Part shown: positions 7,160 to 9,273 of the stretch, piece after piece
How the letters are laid out: the number at the start of each line of letters is the position of its first letter
Numbering within the stretch: the first letter of the stretch is position 1
Source: a virus
Lineage: Duplodnaviria; Heunggongvirae; Uroviricota; Caudoviricetes
Virus record (IMG/VR): IMGVR_UViG_2531839476_000009
Span: 1-9,273 of that record
Length of the DNA: 9,273 nt
Reading direction: 5' to 3' (one strand)
Made by a program: the position numbers and the translations under genes
The notes under the pieces: generated by a model
What the model was told of the DNA's origin: nothing
Databases searched by the model: none
What the model saw: the letters and a program-made list of their open reading frames with translations, nothing else

Positions 7160-8343
7160 CAGGCACCTCCCAGCACCGCAAATGCGGGGCCAAAGAATTC
7201 ATCAGTAAACGTCTGGTAAAGCTCCATGTCTTCCAGCGGGGGAACAGGCGTATATTTGTAGCGAATACGCACACGCCCCTGACGTAAATCCGTGGTGCTG
7301 TTATCCACCACGTCATACCAGCACTCCGCGCCAATCAGTTTCCCGGCAGTAACCAGTGAATCCAGTTTTGCCCTGATGGCACTGATAACATCCTTCACGT
7401 TCGCAGGCGTCAGTGGACTGTCGATGGTTTCAAACTGCGCTTCCGCAATTGAATCAGCCAGCACCTGTGCGGTTCGGGTATACACCTCAAAGATGTAGGC
7501 GTTCGTTTCCGGTGTGCGGTTGCCCCAGAAGCGGAACCCGTTGCGACGAATAATGGTCGTGATTTCTTTGTTGTTGAGGCTGTTGGCATCGCTGTCTTCG
7601 GCCTGCAACGACCAGAACACTTGCCTCGACATCCCCAGCACATTTTTAACCGGAACGTTGGACAGTGATTTGTGCCACCCCTGCTCAATGGTCAATGTAC
7701 GCACGAAGGCCGCACGCATAAGCAGGCGCGGGGAACGTTCGTTTTTGCCACTTTTCGGGTTGTAGGCGATGAAGTCCGGCCATAAGAGCATCACCTCACG
7801 TTCGTTGAATTTCTGGCGGTAGGTAATCGCCTCAGCCATCGTGTTACAGCCGTGACAGGAGGCATACACAAACGCGCGCAGTTTACCTGCAATCACGCAC
7901 ACGGATTTTGTTACCGCCTCCGTGTCCAGCTCCGGCGCGGCCAGAATACGCGGACGGTATCCGATGCTTTCATCCTGCTCTGCAACAAGCAGCGCATACA
8001 TCCCCGTATAGCTGCCGTCATCCTCAGAACCACCGATAACCAGTTGATCCTGCGTTTTTCCGTCTTCTTCTTTGTGTTCAGCCACGCGAACGACGATCAC
8101 CTTTGTGCTCACCTGGTCTGCGATGGCCTTAAGCGCACGATAAAGCGTCCCCGTTGTTCCGCATTTTCCCAGCACGTCATTGACGCGGGTCAGCAGTGTG
8201 GGCTTGTTCAGCGGGAACAGCTCCGCGTCCGCATCATCCGCCGTTGCCACGATACCGATAACACTGGAATCAACATCATTAATCGCTGTTACCAGGTCGG
8301 TACTTTCCGTAACACGGGCACCATGAAAACGAGTTTCACTCAT
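7159..8343 (-). CDS. Tail sheath protein (FI-like)
   Basis: 394 aa. Motifs ...FPLNKP..., ...RILA.P.LDT..., ...LLWPDF..., ...EQGWHK.LSN..., ...IRRNGFRFWGNRT..., ...YTRTAQV..., ...YKYTPVPPLE... resemble P2 FI. SD aagggg lies upstream of the ATG. Confidence 0.95.
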   Translation of the reverse strand: MSETRFHGARVTESTDLVTAINDVDSSVIGIVATADDADAELFPLNKPTLLTRVNDVLGKCGTTGTLYRALKAIADQVSTKVIVVRVAEHKEEDGKTQDQLVIGGSEDDGSYTGMYALLVAEQDESIGYRPRILAAPELDTEAVTKSVCVIAGKLRAFVYASCHGCNTMAEAITYRQKFNEREVMLLWPDFIAYNPKSGKNERSPRLLMRAAFVRTLTIEQGWHKSLSNVPVKNVLGMSRQVFWSLQAEDSDANSLNNKEITTIIRRNGFRFWGNRTPETNAYIFEVYTRTAQVLADSIAEAQFETIDSPLTPANVKDVISAIRAKLDSLVTAGKLIGAECWYDVVDNSTTDLRQGRVRIRYKYTPVPPLEDMELYQTFTDEFFGPAFAVLGGA

Positions 8344-8500
8344 AGCTTCAGCCCCTTGTATCCGTTAAATGATTCGGCAACAATCATCACCCAGCACGCG
8401 CGTAATCTCACCCCTGCGCCGTTCTCCCGCCACCGCGACAACAAAAAGCAGTAACCCCCTCCGCACGCACATGCGACCATGCCGCACAGGGAGGGAACAG
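8344..8500. promoter_or_regulatory. Divergent intergenic region between sheath (-) and gpD-like (+) genes; presumed promoter region
   Basis: 157-bp non-coding gap between two divergent starts, each with a good SD. No confident -35/-10 or Ogr-type late promoter motif could be placed by eye. Confidence 0.3.
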
Positions 8501-9241
8501 ATGACCGACACCACCATGCAATTGCTCAGTCAGGGCACAGACCCCGTGAAAATGCCGGATTTTGATATTCTCGCGGAGGGTAAAACGCTGTCAGGCGTGG
8601 CAGAGCGCCTGATGAGCCTGTCACTGACCGACAACCGGGGATTTGAAGCGGACCAGCTCACCATCACGCTGGATGATGCGGATGGTCAGTTGCAGCTACC
8701 GCCACGGGGCGCGCGCCTGACGGTTCTCATTGGCTGGAAAGGAGAACCGCTGACAGAAAAAGGCACTTACATTGTTGATGAAATCGCTCACGAAGGACCG
8801 CCGGACAGGCTGACTGTTTCAGCCAGAAGCGCAGATTTTCGGGATGAATTTAACGTTAAACGTGAGGTGTCCTGGCATGATGTGACCGTTGAGCGTGTGG
8901 TATCCGCCATCGCTCATCGGTATGGTCTGAAACCGCAAATCAGCGAAATGCTGATGGATATCGAAATCGACCACGCCGACCAGACCGAAGAAAGCGACAT
9001 GTCCTTCCTTACGCGCATGGCGGAAATGCTGGGCGCAATCACCACGGTAAAAAGCGGTAATCTGTTATTCATCATGCCCGGTGGTGGCGTGAACGCACAG
9101 GGCCAGCCGTTGCCATCGTTCGCCATCACACGCAGCAGCGGCGATCGCCATCAGTTCCGCATTGCTGACCGCGAGGCGTATACGGGGGTACGCGCTTACT
9201 GGCTTGATCTTAATTACGGGAAAAAGAAAAAGTCAGCGTGA
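8501..9241 (+). CDS. gpD-like tail protein (late control gene D family), N-terminal 246 aa; possibly truncated
   Basis: ATG at 8501 preceded by SD gggaggg. Motif ...LSLTDNRGFEADQLTITLDDADGQLQLPPRGARLTVLIGWKG... is typical of gpD/VgrG-type N-terminal domains. The in-frame Met at 8369 in the ORF track lacks an RBS. Confidence 0.8.
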   Translation: MTDTTMQLLSQGTDPVKMPDFDILAEGKTLSGVAERLMSLSLTDNRGFEADQLTITLDDADGQLQLPPRGARLTVLIGWKGEPLTEKGTYIVDEIAHEGPPDRLTVSARSADFRDEFNVKREVSWHDVTVERVVSAIAHRYGLKPQISEMLMDIEIDHADQTEESDMSFLTRMAEMLGAITTVKSGNLLFIMPGGGVNAQGQPLPSFAITRSSGDRHQFRIADREAYTGVRAYWLDLNYGKKKKSA

Positions 9242-9273
9242 AACGCCGCAAACCGCCAAAACCGAAAAAGAGA

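Noticed and set aside
7110-8454. ORFs overlapping the sheath gene (7110-7334 -, 7292-7498 +, 7410-7688 -, 7514-7765 +, 7852-8454 +)
   Set aside because: All are nested in or antisense to the clearly homologous sheath gene. The 7110-7334 ORF is an out-of-frame reading across the tube start and sheath end.
8369-8500. N-terminal extension of the gpD-like ORF from the Met at 8369
   Set aside because: It has no RBS and reads as low-complexity sequence, and it would bring the start to within 26 bp of the divergent sheath start. The ATG at 8501 has a strong SD and begins the conserved domain.
2744-8500. Secondary invertase crossover sites at the boundaries of the inverted sheath-to-U block
   Set aside because: I searched 2744-2800 and 8344-8500 by eye for the TTCTCCCAAACC half-site and found only weak partial matches (about 7 of 12), so I do not claim invertase-mediated inversion of the block.
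1-9273. Novel defence, toxin or cargo system, CRISPR array, or tRNA/ncRNA
   Set aside because: The window is almost completely filled by recognisable tail genes with short intergenic gaps (largest 157 bp). There are no direct-repeat arrays, tRNA-like structures or unexplained ORFs.

Overview
This window is the tail module of a P2-like (myovirus) prophage or tailocin-type element of enterobacterial composition, and I found no undescribed system in it. All of the sequence is accounted for by recognisable tail genes and their signals. Positions 198-2088 form a Mu G / P1 C / e14 P-type invertible tail-fibre segment: two alternative fibre tips and two tail-fibre assembly genes lie between inverted 26-bp crossover sites, with a Gin/Pin/Cin/Hin-family serine DNA invertase gene (2144-2743) just outside. 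The rest of the window (minus strand, 8343 down to 2770) encodes sheath, tube, gpE/E' chaperone, tape measure and gpU, followed by a divergently oriented gpD-like gene (8501-9241). Points worth a second look: (1) a conserved programmed -1 frameshift site (T TTT TTG) in E/E'; (2) three single-base frame disruptions, each at a homopolymer run, in the tube, tape-measure and probably gpD genes, which suggests either sequencing undercalls or a decaying cryptic element; (3) the sheath-to-U block is inverted relative to gpD and to the fibre/invertase genes when compared with canonical P2 order. All comparisons to known proteins are from memory; no searches were run.
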